Below are positions 44,984 to 55,992 of a DNA stretch of 64,000 nt, in pieces. The DNA is from a virus (Duplodnaviria > Heunggongvirae > Uroviricota > Caudoviricetes), in the IMG/VR virus record IMGVR_UViG_3300030618_000005; one strand, given 5' to 3'. The translations under genes and the position numbers were made by a program. Below the pieces are notes generated by a model. It saw nothing but the letters and a program-made list of their open reading frames with translations. It had not been told where the DNA came from and did no database searches. How positions within the stretch are numbered: the first letter of the stretch is position 1; every line of letters begins with the position of its first letter.

Positions 44984-47113
44984 ATGGCTGAACTAAATGA
45001 AGCTCCGGGGATAGTCGCGGACGGTGTAGCACGTGAGACGCTTGACCCATTGGACTACGGCAAGGGTGGAACCCTCAAGACCCTAAACGCTGACCTAGCA
45101 CTCGTGCTTGGAAGCGCCAGCAAAGCCGAAGCTTTCATCAGCGAGAAGCAGTGGAACCTCTTGTGGCGTGATGCCGACTTGCTCTACCAGTCGCCGCGCC
45201 CGATGTCAGTGTACGAGAACACATACGTCCTCGAACCTAACGTACAACGATTTACAGTAGCAAAGGTAGTGAACTCTGTCGTACCCTCTCTCTACAAGGG
45301 CCTGTTCTATGCAGACCCTCCGATGGTACTCCGACCGCGCTCAGGCACGAGTCAAGACACCATAGATGCCAAGACCGTGCTCTTCAGCTATTTGCTGAAC
45401 GACTGTGGATTCAAGACCGAAACCAAGTGGGGACTCGAACAGATGGCTTGCCTCGGCACCGGCATCTGGAAGTGGGGAGTTGACTACAAGGAAGTGGTAA
45501 CGTGGGAACGCAAGTCCACTACGACCACGATCACTGGTGGTGTAGGACAGGATCAGGTCACGCAGAAAGTTCCTCTGGATGTACCCCCAGACGTGAAGCG
45601 TAAGTCCCGTGTTGTGCCGCGACCGTTCTTCGAGTCGCGCCCGATCAACAAGGTGTTCGTAGACCCGAAGTGCGATGTCGGGGATATCCGCAAAGCAGAC
45701 TTCGTGATCGACGTTCGCTACATGGACTTCTACCAGCTCAACGATATCCGCGCAGCTCTCGAAGAGCTTCCCGAAGATCACCCGGACAAAGATGGGTGGG
45801 AGTTGCCGAAGTCTGAAGACGAGCTTCGCAAGTGGTGGTTCGCACCATCCGGCACGAACGTAGCACCAGTACTCGCCAGCGACACAATGGCGTACATGCG
45901 CGGTGCAGTTCACCATGCTGAAGAGATGAACATTCAGGTGACCCCTGACATGCTCTTCAAGAAGATGGAAGTGCTTGAGTATTGGGATAGAAACCGCAAG
46001 GTTCTTGTCATCGACCGCAAGAAAGTGATCTTCACCGGACAGAACAAGTTCGGCGTTATCCCGTTCCTCAGTGCAAACTGGTGGAACCGCGCCAAGGCAT
46101 TCTACGGCATGGGCCTCGGCCTTATCGTCGGACAGAATCAGCGCGTCGACCAAGGCACCATCAACGCAATTCTGAAGATGCTGTCGTTCGGGATCAACCC
46201 GATCTATCTTCGCCAGCGCGACACAAACGCGCCGACGCAAATGATACGCACCGGGATCGGTAAGATTCTAACTGTGGACGGTATCGCCAAAGAAGCATAT
46301 CACCTACTCGACACTCCTAAGGTTCCACCAGACATCTGGTCGGCCCTAAGCGAGTCAGAGAAGGCAACCGAGTCCGCATCGGGCGCAGATCAAGCGCTCG
46401 TACAAGGCTCGTCATCCGGCCCCCGTTCTTCTATGGGGCGCACCGCAGGAGGCGCAGGCATCCTCGCAAGTGCAAGCGCGACTCGTCTCGACGGGCCGCT
46501 CGACAACTTCATCGAACAGGTGTTCAGCCCGTTCCTCTACATCCTCGACATGCTCGTCATGCGATACCTATCAGACGCCGAGATTTATGCAGTACTGGGC
46601 GAAGAGATGGGCGACGACTACGAAGTAGACCTTGACCAGTTTCACGCGGCTAAGATCGAGTTCGAAGTACTGGCCGGTGCCGCGCTTGCGGCGAAACGCA
46701 CAATGGCGCAGTCGATGACTCTCATCACACAGATTCTTGAGAACCCCCAGATTGTTGAATCTCTCGCTGACATCAACGAGGAGTACATCAACTGGAAGGA
46801 AATCGTCATGATGTGGATCGAGTCAACGGAGTGGAAGAACAAGAACGACATCATCAAGAAGATGACGCCGGAAATGAAACAGAAGCGTGCCGCTGCATCG
46901 CAGCAGGCGCAGGCCGCGTCCAAAGCCGCCGTTACTGCACAGAGCAACCAACAGAAGTTCCAGCAGAAGCAGCAGCTTGAAGACCAGTCTAACGACAATC
47001 GCATCAAGCGTGACTTGGTACGTGAGTCGTTCAAGGACAACGCTCAGAGTGAAGCGACCGAAGGGTTGCCGAGCACTGGCGGGTTGGAAGGACAACAGCC
47101 TACAGTTGCATAA
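44984..47113 (+). CDS. portal protein (by position and size)
   Basis: 709 aa directly after terL; Q/A-rich C-terminus. Confidence 0.55.
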   Translation: MAELNEAPGIVADGVARETLDPLDYGKGGTLKTLNADLALVLGSASKAEAFISEKQWNLLWRDADLLYQSPRPMSVYENTYVLEPNVQRFTVAKVVNSVVPSLYKGLFYADPPMVLRPRSGTSQDTIDAKTVLFSYLLNDCGFKTETKWGLEQMACLGTGIWKWGVDYKEVVTWERKSTTTTITGGVGQDQVTQKVPLDVPPDVKRKSRVVPRPFFESRPINKVFVDPKCDVGDIRKADFVIDVRYMDFYQLNDIRAALEELPEDHPDKDGWELPKSEDELRKWWFAPSGTNVAPVLASDTMAYMRGAVHHAEEMNIQVTPDMLFKKMEVLEYWDRNRKVLVIDRKKVIFTGQNKFGVIPFLSANWWNRAKAFYGMGLGLIVGQNQRVDQGTINAILKMLSFGINPIYLRQRDTNAPTQMIRTGIGKILTVDGIAKEAYHLLDTPKVPPDIWSALSESEKATESASGADQALVQGSSSGPRSSMGRTAGGAGILASASATRLDGPLDNFIEQVFSPFLYILDMLVMRYLSDAEIYAVLGEEMGDDYEVDLDQFHAAKIEFEVLAGAALAAKRTMAQSMTLITQILENPQIVESLADINEEYINWKEIVMMWIESTEWKNKNDIIKKMTPEMKQKRAAASQQAQAASKAAVTAQSNQQKFQQKQQLEDQSNDNRIKRDLVRESFKDNAQSEATEGLPSTGGLEGQQPTVA

Positions 47114-47149
47114 GACATGGATCGGTGTCTGCTTGGACCAGCAGAGTAA

Positions 47150-47602
47150 ATGGGGGAGCACCCCAACAGCCAAATTCCATATCACTGCCGGGGAGGGCTA
47201 GTGATCGAACGCAGCATTTCAAATTTCGTACCCATCCTTGTGTTAGCACCTCATGAGCAGGCGGAGATTACGCAGACCATTTCTTCTGCTGGCTGGCGAC
47301 ATATACAGCGAATCTTCGATCATGAATGCACCAAGTTCATATTGGATACCATCAATACTCCGTCCGAAGATACAGAGGACGTGATCGAGAAACACCGATG
47401 CGCCAAGGTAGCAGCTCAGCTCTATGAAGGCGGCGTCCAGAGAATCAATAACGAAGTCGGTCAGTACCTCGGCAGCCGCAAGGCCCTCGAAGTGCAGGCT
47501 GACGTAACAGACGGCGTGCTTCAGATGGGGCCGCCAGCAAGTACATCTGACGATCTACTTGAGTCTTCTGAGGAGGGGACGATCTTTGACCACTTTGAGT
47601 AA
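47150..47602 (+). CDS. hypothetical protein
   Basis: ORF. Confidence 0.35.
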   Translation: MGEHPNSQIPYHCRGGLVIERSISNFVPILVLAPHEQAEITQTISSAGWRHIQRIFDHECTKFILDTINTPSEDTEDVIEKHRCAKVAAQLYEGGVQRINNEVGQYLGSRKALEVQADVTDGVLQMGPPASTSDDLLESSEEGTIFDHFE

Positions 47603-48662
47603 CGAACAAGAGAACGGCATTCCTTCGGACCTGCCAGAACTTCGCTTTGAGTATCAGCCGACTGACGAAGACAACCGTCCCATCGGCGGCAAGCAGGTCA
47701 TCAAGTACCGCACGCAGGATGAGCTGAACCATAAGCTCGTCAAGCAGAACACTGAGCTTATCCGAAAACTGCGAACAGAGACTCGCAACAACCGTCTGGG
47801 AATCCTAGACCAGCAGTCTATTGACGAGAGAGCACCGCGCAACGTCGCGGGTGTGCAGTTCAATCCGCGCACGCTAAGCGCCTCAGAGCGCCTAGAACTT
47901 TCCCAGCAGCTCCTAGACCCAGAAACGTTCGACAAGGCCACACAGACCATCGTGGAGGCTTCCTACGGCATCTCTGGCGAAGGTCTGCGCACCGTCATCT
48001 CTGACCTTCAGGGCAAGGTGGACAACGTACAGGCTCAGCGAGAAGTTGACATCTTCAAACGTCGCAATCCCGAGTACGTAATTTGTCCCGAGAACATGCA
48101 GGCCATTATCGGCTGGATGGATCGTTACAACCTCGCGCCGGTCGCAGAGAACTTCGAGAAGGCTTACCTGTTCCTCTTGGATCAGGGCGTATTGGTTACG
48201 TCGTTGGAAGTCGTAGAACTTCCCGTCTCTCCGGTAACACCGCCTAGCAATGTCGTGGGATTCACCGAGCAGCCTCCTGCCGATCCAAACGAGTACGTCG
48301 AACCGGCCCGCGTGGTCGAGACGCTTCCGATTGAGAACCAGCTTCCAGTCGAGCGCGTTGCTCCTACCGAGCACCCGGCATTGGCTACAGAACCGCCTGT
48401 CGCGGCTAAGCCTGTTGCCTCAAGGGTTCCTACCGGCCTGAACAATGGCAACTCCCGCAGTGAGGGCGTAAGTGCTCCTGTAGGAAGTGACATCGTTTAC
48501 GAGTTCAAGCAGTATGACGAGAAGGGAAATCAAGTCGGTCCCACGCGCACCTTCACCGGTATGCGTGCCATCGACGCGATGCCGCCCGACGAGTACAAGC
48601 GCCGTCTGCTGAGCGAGAAGGGATTCGCCGCTAAGGTTGAGAAGTTGATGAAGAAGGGCTAA
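47559..48662 (+). CDS. hypothetical head-module protein (scaffold candidate)
   Basis: Position between portal and capsid; Pro/Glu-rich linker. Confidence 0.35.
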   Translation: MSLLRRGRSLTTLSNEQENGIPSDLPELRFEYQPTDEDNRPIGGKQVIKYRTQDELNHKLVKQNTELIRKLRTETRNNRLGILDQQSIDERAPRNVAGVQFNPRTLSASERLELSQQLLDPETFDKATQTIVEASYGISGEGLRTVISDLQGKVDNVQAQREVDIFKRRNPEYVICPENMQAIIGWMDRYNLAPVAENFEKAYLFLLDQGVLVTSLEVVELPVSPVTPPSNVVGFTEQPPADPNEYVEPARVVETLPIENQLPVERVAPTEHPALATEPPVAAKPVASRVPTGLNNGNSRSEGVSAPVGSDIVYEFKQYDEKGNQVGPTRTFTGMRAIDAMPPDEYKRRLLSEKGFAAKVEKLMKKG

Positions 48663-49084
48663 TGGACATCAGGCTGGCGCTGCAATCTGAGACCGACTAC
48701 CTAGTCGATCAAGTGGAGCGACTGTATCCTGACGACATCTGTCCGAAGCATCAGTTGCGCAAGATACTTGCCTCCAACCCAGCGTGGGTCATCGTAGACA
48801 AACGCATCAAGGCGCACCTTATCTCGGAAGTCTCGAAAGGGACACCATACATCTGGAGTGTTGCAGTAGACCCTGACTATCGCAGACGGGGCGCTGCAAC
48901 AACTCTCCTACAAGAATTTGAGAAGCACTACAAGCAGAGCTACGAAAGTGGCTGGCTGCATTGTAGAGTCGAGAACCCTGCACAGAAGCTTTACTTCGAT
49001 CAGGGCTATCGCATCGCTTCCTTTGAACCAAACATTTACGGAGCACGACAGCATGGCGTGACCATGCGGAAACGCTTCGTCTGA
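48662..49084 (+). CDS. GNAT family acetyltransferase
   Basis: RRRGAATTLL motif A. Confidence 0.55.
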   Translation: MDIRLALQSETDYLVDQVERLYPDDICPKHQLRKILASNPAWVIVDKRIKAHLISEVSKGTPYIWSVAVDPDYRRRGAATTLLQEFEKHYKQSYESGWLHCRVENPAQKLYFDQGYRIASFEPNIYGARQHGVTMRKRFV

Positions 49085-49302
49085 AGTACTGTGTACAGTC
49101 CTGTCGGATTACAGGGAACGATACACCTTAGATATGTGCTGAGGAAAAGCCGGTCAGAGACCTTGACCGCGCAATCGCAAACACTCGTCGGATTACGAGC
49201 AGAGGGATTGTCTTCACATAAAAGGCAGCGACACACTACTCATCATCTCTGGGAGGAGAAGGCGAGAAGTAAGTGATGTCTTTGAAGTAAAGGATAATCA
49301 CA

Positions 49303-50334
49303 ATGGGTTACACTCCTGCTGGAAATCTACAGGGCAACCTTCCTCAGTCCACGGTAAAGTTCTATGACAAGAAGTTCCGTGAAAACCTCAAAGCGCAGAC
49401 CCCGTTCGTAGCTTGCTCCGAGCGTCTGGACCTGCCAACCAAGTCCGGTAACCAGTACGAAATGTTCATGTACGTTCCTCTGGCTGCGAACACCGCGCAG
49501 ACCAACGAAGGAACCGTGGGCAGCTCGATCTCCGTTTCCGTCCTTACCACGACTGCCACCATCGGTGAGTACGCTGACTACGCTAACTTCTCCAGTCTGT
49601 CTCTTGCTACGGCAATCGACAACACTGTTGAGAACGTCGCCCGTGAGCTTGCATACCGTCTTGGCGAGTCTTTGTCTGGTCTCGTCCGTGCAACCGCTGA
49701 CGGCGCAGCCAGCGTTGACTCCAGCGTGCTTGTGCAGCTTGGTGCAACTTCGACCACAGCCTTCACCTCGCTGAGCCTGAACCAGATTCGTAACGCAGTG
49801 CAGTCTCTTGCTGGCCGTTCGGTACGTCCGTTCGACGAAGCAAGCAAGGCATTCTGCGGCGTCATTCACCCGTTCGCATTGGGCGATGTACTTTCGGATG
49901 TCAGCAACAACGCACCTATCGACATCTTGAAGCACACCCCGGTCGGGCTGATGAAGATGGAAGACCTCGTTTCGGTGGACTTGACCGAGATGATCGAACT
50001 TCCGTCCTCGGGCGTTCACTTCTTCCAGAGCAATCAGGTTACCACCACCCCGAACTACAAGGGTGTGACTGGCCTGACGGCGCTTCGTACCTACATCTTT
50101 GGGCGTGATGGCATCTACAGCATCAAGCTTGGAGCACAGGGCGACACCGAGTTCGGAGATGGTGAGTACCAGAACATCAAGTGCAACATTGTGCAGAACG
50201 CTGAGCCAACTGTTGCCGATCCTGAAGGGCTGATCCCCGGCTGGACTTCGTACCGCGTTCACTTCACGACTTCGCTTGGTCCTGACACGACCATCCGTAT
50301 CCGTGAGATTGATGCGGCTTCCGCAATCAGCTAA
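49303..50334 (+). CDS. major capsid protein
   Basis: Position after portal, strong RBS, followed by strong terminator; homologous to ORF 3124..3438. Confidence 0.65.
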   Translation: MGYTPAGNLQGNLPQSTVKFYDKKFRENLKAQTPFVACSERLDLPTKSGNQYEMFMYVPLAANTAQTNEGTVGSSISVSVLTTTATIGEYADYANFSSLSLATAIDNTVENVARELAYRLGESLSGLVRATADGAASVDSSVLVQLGATSTTAFTSLSLNQIRNAVQSLAGRSVRPFDEASKAFCGVIHPFALGDVLSDVSNNAPIDILKHTPVGLMKMEDLVSVDLTEMIELPSSGVHFFQSNQVTTTPNYKGVTGLTALRTYIFGRDGIYSIKLGAQGDTEFGDGEYQNIKCNIVQNAEPTVADPEGLIPGWTSYRVHFTTSLGPDTTIRIREIDAASAIS

Positions 50335-50340
50335 GACACT

Positions 50341-50380
50341 GGCTCCTGAGACTAAAAACCTCGGGAGCCATTTCTTTTTG
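50341..50380 (+). terminator. rho-independent terminator after capsid gene
   Basis: GGCTCC..GGGAGCC stem followed by ATTTCTTTTT. Confidence 0.65.
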
Positions 50381-50412
50381 TATCGGATCACCAATAGAAA
50401 GGAAACATCAAC

Positions 50413-51096
50413 ATGAGTTATCCAGCAGCAACTAGCGGCCTCGGCATCCCAGCGCGAGTCGTAGTTCCCGGCAATGAGTCCCCAATCAGCAATAAGGTCG
50501 GACACAATCAGGTCACCATCTCCATCACTGGAAGCAATGGTTTCCCTGAGACGTTCCAGCTTGACCCGACGCTTGAGGATGCTTCCGGCAACGAAATCAC
50601 CCCCGGCACCGTCTACACCCTGAGTGCAGCGGCGGCCAACGGAGTCTTCACCGGCACCGGCCTACCAGCAACGAACACCCTTGTTGGCAAGTCCGCAGTG
50701 ACCGCAGGCTTCACCAACGCTGTGAACAACGCAGCCGGTATCGTGACCGCGAACACCACGACCAGCATCACCATCGACACAGGCACCACGACTGTCGCTG
50801 AGACCCACGCAGCAACAGCAACCGTACAGGAGACCGGTACCAATGGTTTCACGTACTTTGCTGACGGCGCGGCCTCGCTGACTTCTGGCACTGGCGGCGA
50901 GCTGCCTGCGGGCAGCACAGCCAAGGTTGTTTCCGTTTCCACCACTGGCGTTCTTTCAGCCAACGGCGTGACCGGTGGATCGACCGTCGAAGTATCGTAT
51001 CCGTTTGCTAACGCTGGCGGGACGATTGTCGTGGCTGGAAAGACACTTCCTGCGCAGAAGGTTTACGCGGATGTGGCTGTCAACGTCGTACCGTAA
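50413..51096 (+). CDS. T/G/A-rich virion protein (decoration or fibre candidate)
   Basis: Low-complexity beta-rich; after capsid. Confidence 0.4.
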   Translation: MSYPAATSGLGIPARVVVPGNESPISNKVGHNQVTISITGSNGFPETFQLDPTLEDASGNEITPGTVYTLSAAAANGVFTGTGLPATNTLVGKSAVTAGFTNAVNNAAGIVTANTTTSITIDTGTTTVAETHAATATVQETGTNGFTYFADGAASLTSGTGGELPAGSTAKVVSVSTTGVLSANGVTGGSTVEVSYPFANAGGTIVVAGKTLPAQKVYADVAVNVVP

Positions 51097-51135
51097 TTCA
51101 ACCCAAACAGAAAGGCGGAAGAGGAGCCGCCTATT

Positions 51136-51465
51136 ATGTCCAAAGAAGCGTACATCGATTCGCCCGCTTATGATAGCGCGGCCCGTCGCAACAACCGAGT
51201 GTTGCGTGCAGTAAATACAGTTCTCCGACGCAAGTCGGCTCAGCTTCGAGCAGAAGCAGACGAAGTTATCGCGGAGCTGTTCGACGCTCCAAGCGAAGCA
51301 GAGGTAGCATTGGAAAGACTCTGGAGGGAAGGCGGCTTCAGTAGTGAGCTACGACCAGAGAACTATGAAGAACTAGTTGATTTCGCGCTGAGAGCAATCG
51401 CCTCTTACGACCGCGTGCAAGCCGCAGCTAATTCCGATGCAACTACGAGTTCTACAGGCAACTGA
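51136..51465 (+). CDS. hypothetical protein
   Basis: ORF. Confidence 0.35.
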   Translation: MSKEAYIDSPAYDSAARRNNRVLRAVNTVLRRKSAQLRAEADEVIAELFDAPSEAEVALERLWREGGFSSELRPENYEELVDFALRAIASYDRVQAAANSDATTSSTGN

Positions 51466-51625
51466 GGCAATGGGACGAGGGTGGATTACCCAGTGTCCCT
51501 AGGCAACCTCACGCGCCTATCTCGCAGCTCTTCGACCGGCCAGTTGAAGATGCCGCGACTCTCTCCTACGAGAGTGATCGACTTCGTACGAGAGGGCACA
51601 TTTTGATTCAAGAGGGGAGTCTTGA

Positions 51626-52273
51626 ATGCAACCAGCAGTTACCGGCACGCACACAAGTACAGCAGCGCCTTGGGAGACATACGCAGCAGAGATGTCCACC
51701 AAGATGTCGAAGCAGCTTGAGCTTGCCGTAGAGGAGTACGCCGAGCGCGTATACGATTCGAACTTCGCAAGCAACGAGAACAAAGAAGAGCTTCACCGCC
51801 AGAAAGAGATGAACGACGAACTCTCTGAGCAGTACCAGTGGGCGACGAAAGAGGAGTACGATGACGCGCAAGCGCGTGTCGGAACCCCAATGACGCACAC
51901 AGAGTTTATCAGCCGTCTTCGTAAGGCCGGTGTAGAGTGCCACTACAGACAGCACGTCCACCTAGATAAAGCCGACCTCTATGTCGCGCTCACTCCGGGC
52001 GGAGAGCAGACCGTACAGTGCTGGGTCCAGCAAGGATGGATGCAGGAGCTTTCGGTTCTCAACTTCGATGACCACGGCGTACCACTGGCCGAGCGTCGGC
52101 GCGGGTGGCGCACACCACTTCTTCAACTAATCCTCAAGGGCATCATCACTGAGGAGAAAGCGAATAAGCTCTTCGGTCGGCCTAAGGTCACCGACGCTTA
52201 CCACCGCTACAACGCATCGCTTCAAGCGTTCCGCAACAACGGCAACAAACTCACCCTTCACGGTGAGGAGTAG
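51626..52273 (+). CDS. hypothetical protein
   Basis: ORF. Confidence 0.4.
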   Translation: MQPAVTGTHTSTAAPWETYAAEMSTKMSKQLELAVEEYAERVYDSNFASNENKEELHRQKEMNDELSEQYQWATKEEYDDAQARVGTPMTHTEFISRLRKAGVECHYRQHVHLDKADLYVALTPGGEQTVQCWVQQGWMQELSVLNFDDHGVPLAERRRGWRTPLLQLILKGIITEEKANKLFGRPKVTDAYHRYNASLQAFRNNGNKLTLHGEE

Positions 52274-52296
52274 TACATCCTAAAGGAGGATAGGTT

Positions 52297-52944
52297 TTGA
52301 GCGAACAGGTTTTGAATGACATTCAATTGGAGAGCAAGGCTAAGGCCGAGCAGGTTCTAGCATCTCTCGCACCAAAGGAAAAGGAAGCACCCAAGGCCCC
52401 GGTGAAGTCAGCCGCGACCAAGACTCTCGAAGAGCTTGAGATCGAGAGCAAGCAGCTTGAGCTTGAACTAAAGAAGCTCGAACTTCAGGAGCGCAAAGCT
52501 AACCTCGAAGACATCAATGATCGTCTCGCAGAGCGAGAGCTAAAGCGTGCGAACATTCGCCAAGAGGCGTACACCAAGGGCGCGACCATCGAGTCCACTC
52601 GCAAGAACGAAGCGATGCAACAGAATCGTTGCAACCACCACAAGGGTGGCAACGGAGCTGGCGGCGTCGTCGGCGGAAAGGGTGACTCACCTGACTACGC
52701 AGTACTGATGCACACGTTCGCAAACGGCGACACATGGGTGCGATGCCTGCGCTGTGGTAAGACTTGGAAGCCCCCAGTCAAGTCCGATCACAAGACTCAG
52801 GAATCGTACAACGCAGCTCTTGCAATCTACAAGCAGGCAGTCAACTTCCAAACGAAGAACACTCCTTCAAAGGGCGTGATCTTCCAGTACTCTGACGGTG
52901 GCGAGTTCTACCGTGAGAACACCAAGAACGCAACATTGCGCTAA
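52297..52944 (+). CDS. coiled-coil plus zinc-ribbon protein
   Basis: K/E heptads; CNHH..CLRCG. Confidence 0.4.
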   Translation: MSEQVLNDIQLESKAKAEQVLASLAPKEKEAPKAPVKSAATKTLEELEIESKQLELELKKLELQERKANLEDINDRLAERELKRANIRQEAYTKGATIESTRKNEAMQQNRCNHHKGGNGAGGVVGGKGDSPDYAVLMHTFANGDTWVRCLRCGKTWKPPVKSDHKTQESYNAALAIYKQAVNFQTKNTPSKGVIFQYSDGGEFYRENTKNATLR

Positions 52945-53005
52945 GGCGCAGACTGTGAAAATCAAGCAGGCACCGTGACAGCCGGTTGCTCAATTCGGAG
53001 AACAC

Positions 53006-54112
53006 ATGCCTAATAGCTCGATCACTCTTCAGGAAGTTATGGACGACGCAGCAACTCTTGGAGACGTATCTCCTGCCCTAGCTACAGGCGGTTCTTCCCA
53101 AGGCCCAGCCCTTTCAATTGCAAACGATGTCATGCAGGCGCTCATCAACGGCGGCCCGCTTGCACAGCCGTACAACTGGAAGTGGAATCGTGCCAACCTA
53201 CCTCAGTTCTGCACCATCTCTTATCAGCAGGACTACTTCATCCCCGGACTGGTGAACCTTGGCTGGCTAGAAGCAGCGTGGGCATCGCAGATCAATCAGA
53301 CTTCCATCCCAAAATTCAAACAGCCCGTCGAGGTCAACAAAGACCTCATGGTCACCTATGACCAGACAGGCTACCCGGCTAAAATCTGCTGGCTCCCAAA
53401 TTCCATGCTGGAAACTGGAACGTGGGGACAGACACCTCTCGGCCCGACCACGGACAACCCCTCAGGCGACACTACGTCTCTCGGGCTTGGGCGCGGCGGC
53501 CTTCAGAACCCCGGCCCCGGCGTAATCTATACGTCGCCGTTACTGACGCTGCAAACCCCGACCAACGCAACTACATGCATCACAGACCCGAACGGTAACC
53601 TGTGGGCGCTGACCACCTTTGGAACCTGCGGGAACACGCAACCAGACTGGCCAACTAACCCGGCGTATCCAACGGTCAAGAGTCCAAACATCACGGCAAC
53701 GACCGTGCAAGATGGCACTGTAGTCTGGACGGCAATCAATCCATCAGGTCAGGGCCTACGACTGAACCCCATCCCTCCCCAGAACGGTACTCAGTGGGTC
53801 ATCGTATGCCAAGGACAGAAGAAGGCTCCTCGCTTCTACTCTGTGGGCCAGACATTAGAACCACTCCCTGACGATTTCGAATGGGCCTTCAAACAGGGCT
53901 TCTTCGCAGAGTGCTATCGCCGTAACCCTGATCCCAAGGTCCGAGCGAAGTACACGATGGAGCGTCAGATATGGGAGCAGGCTCTCGACAAGGCAGTACG
54001 TCAGAGCGACCGCGAACAAGACAACTACGGCTTCTACCCCGGCACTTCTGTCATGGATAGTTCATGGGGCACTAACCCAACCTCTCCTGCTAACCCCTAC
54101 GGGCCTTGGTAG
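53006..54112 (+). CDS. structural protein, paralog of 54717..55637
   Basis: Shared W(K/R)WNR..QQDY..LGW N-terminal block; PDW/PTW..DGT.VWT repeat. Confidence 0.45.
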   Translation: MPNSSITLQEVMDDAATLGDVSPALATGGSSQGPALSIANDVMQALINGGPLAQPYNWKWNRANLPQFCTISYQQDYFIPGLVNLGWLEAAWASQINQTSIPKFKQPVEVNKDLMVTYDQTGYPAKICWLPNSMLETGTWGQTPLGPTTDNPSGDTTSLGLGRGGLQNPGPGVIYTSPLLTLQTPTNATTCITDPNGNLWALTTFGTCGNTQPDWPTNPAYPTVKSPNITATTVQDGTVVWTAINPSGQGLRLNPIPPQNGTQWVIVCQGQKKAPRFYSVGQTLEPLPDDFEWAFKQGFFAECYRRNPDPKVRAKYTMERQIWEQALDKAVRQSDREQDNYGFYPGTSVMDSSWGTNPTSPANPYGPW

Positions 54113-54140
54113 GAACTAACTTGAAAGGACTTATAATTAC

Positions 54141-54701
54141 ATGGCAACAGTGTACGATTCGCTAAGAGACGCGCTAGGCAATAGCAACGCCAAGCCTAGC
54201 AAACAAAAGTCGAACGGAGATAATGACTACGACGACAAGGACGCAGGATCAAACGGAAAGCTAGTGGATGGACTCACTGAAATTTCAGCGTCTATAACTG
54301 CATTGTGCCTTCAGGTGGGAGGGTTCAGTAAGAACCTAATGACACCGGCATTCTATGAGAATCATTCTTTTCTGAACCTCATACAGCAGATGCTTATAGA
54401 CCAAAAGTACGCAGTCGATGAGGCTATACGCACACTCTATGGGTGGGCTTTGGTGGACATCAAGGACATAGCTGAAAAGTCAAAGATAGAGTCTCCTGAC
54501 GATGACATGCGCGATCCTGCGGGTATAGTAAAGCACCTCATACCGCAGTTCAAAATACTTGTGTCGTTGTCTCAGACCAATTGGGGTATGGCCATAAAAG
54601 CCAAGAACCCATCTATCGTAGGGTTGAACATAGCCCTCAGCGGCAAGCTTACTCACTTTCTGTGGGAGCTAGAGGCCATAGCACGTAAGGCAAGGGCATA
54701 A
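54141..54701 (+). CDS. hypothetical protein
   Basis: ORF. Confidence 0.4.
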   Translation: MATVYDSLRDALGNSNAKPSKQKSNGDNDYDDKDAGSNGKLVDGLTEISASITALCLQVGGFSKNLMTPAFYENHSFLNLIQQMLIDQKYAVDEAIRTLYGWALVDIKDIAEKSKIESPDDDMRDPAGIVKHLIPQFKILVSLSQTNWGMAIKAKNPSIVGLNIALSGKLTHFLWELEAIARKARA

Positions 54702-54716
54702 AGGGAGTAACGACTG

Positions 54717-55637
54717 ATGTCAGCACCTAGCAGCAGCATCCGACTTCTCGACACTATCGAGTTCGCAAAGAAGCTCAACTTCATGCGCGACAGCGCGACG
54801 GGCAACTTCATCGAACCGGCCAAGACATCGGCCAACATGGTCAAGCAGACAATGCTTGGTGCGCCCTTCATCTGGCGTTGGAACCGCGTGGTCACGGGCT
54901 TCATCGCCGTCGCCAACCAGCAGGACTACACCCTCTTCAACTACACCGCGAGTGCAGCAGTAAAACTCGGATGGTTCACTGTGGATGATGCCGGTAACTC
55001 CCAAGTCTGTACGACAGCGGGTACGACCGGCTCTTCCTCTCCTACGTGGAATCACACAGCCACAGGCACTACGACTGATGGCTCTGTGACGTGGACCAAC
55101 AAGGGCAATATCGGTGATCCACAGGTCGAAGGCGAATACACGATGGCATGGATCGAGAACGGTGCCGTCATGGACACCACCTCGAACGGGCCGATATGGA
55201 AGCAGCTTCAGACCAAGATCGATCTATCAGTAGAAGAGAAGATTGCCCGTCCCACGTACGTGTCGGCGCAGTTCGATGACGGCAACGGTAACCTAACGTT
55301 CCGCCTTATGCCGACACCCGACAAGGCATACCCTGTGACGCTACAGATGCAGGCTAAGCCCTCGCTCTTCACGAAGACAAAGCAGACATGGGCACCGATC
55401 CCCGACGAGTACGCGCATATCTATAACTGGGGTTTCCTCAGCCTGATGTGGCTCTTCGCGGACGATCCTCGCTTCACTACAGCGAACGGTAAGTTCATCA
55501 GCAGTCTGCTGGCTACGAACACTGGCCTAAGCGAGACGCAGCGCAACATCTTCCTTCAGAACTGGTACTCTATCACTGGCCAGCCGCAGGCGGAGCAAAT
55601 CAAGGTCACGCAGGCCGCGCAAGCAATGGGGTCATAA
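54717..55637 (+). CDS. structural protein, paralog of 53006..54112
   Basis: Shared N-terminal block; SPTW..DGSVTWTN repeat. Confidence 0.45.
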   Translation: MSAPSSSIRLLDTIEFAKKLNFMRDSATGNFIEPAKTSANMVKQTMLGAPFIWRWNRVVTGFIAVANQQDYTLFNYTASAAVKLGWFTVDDAGNSQVCTTAGTTGSSSPTWNHTATGTTTDGSVTWTNKGNIGDPQVEGEYTMAWIENGAVMDTTSNGPIWKQLQTKIDLSVEEKIARPTYVSAQFDDGNGNLTFRLMPTPDKAYPVTLQMQAKPSLFTKTKQTWAPIPDEYAHIYNWGFLSLMWLFADDPRFTTANGKFISSLLATNTGLSETQRNIFLQNWYSITGQPQAEQIKVTQAAQAMGS

Positions 55638-55638
55638 C

Positions 55639-55983
55639 ATGCCACGAGTGCCGTTTCCCGTCACCAACTTTACTGATCTTGATGGGTCGCCACTCTCTGA
55701 CGGTTACCTCATCATCCGCGTAACTGAAGACACACAAACCCCGGACGGCGGCCAGCTCTGTGCTGGAGCTGTCGTCCAAGTAGACCTCGACTCAGGCGGC
55801 AACGTAGAAGGCTCCCCAACATTCTGGGGAAACAACGCCATGCTACCCAACACGACGGCCTACCTTCTGAACTCGTACAACGCGGACGGTCAGAAAGTTC
55901 TAACCAATCTCTACATTGTCGTGCAAGGTACCGGCCCGGAAGCGGGCTTCGGTGAAGCCTTCGGCAGTGAGTTTGCATCCTAA
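55639..55983 (+). CDS. tail-module protein, paralog of 57393..57884
   Basis: NVEGSP..W.N..LP.T.Y.....YNADGQ shared. Confidence 0.4.
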   Translation: MPRVPFPVTNFTDLDGSPLSDGYLIIRVTEDTQTPDGGQLCAGAVVQVDLDSGGNVEGSPTFWGNNAMLPNTTAYLLNSYNADGQKVLTNLYIVVQGTGPEAGFGEAFGSEFAS

Positions 55984-55992
55984 GGAGTTTCA

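Noticed and set aside
49327-50505. 392-aa minus-strand ORF
   Set aside because: Antisense to the major capsid gene; R/G/V-rich junk composition.
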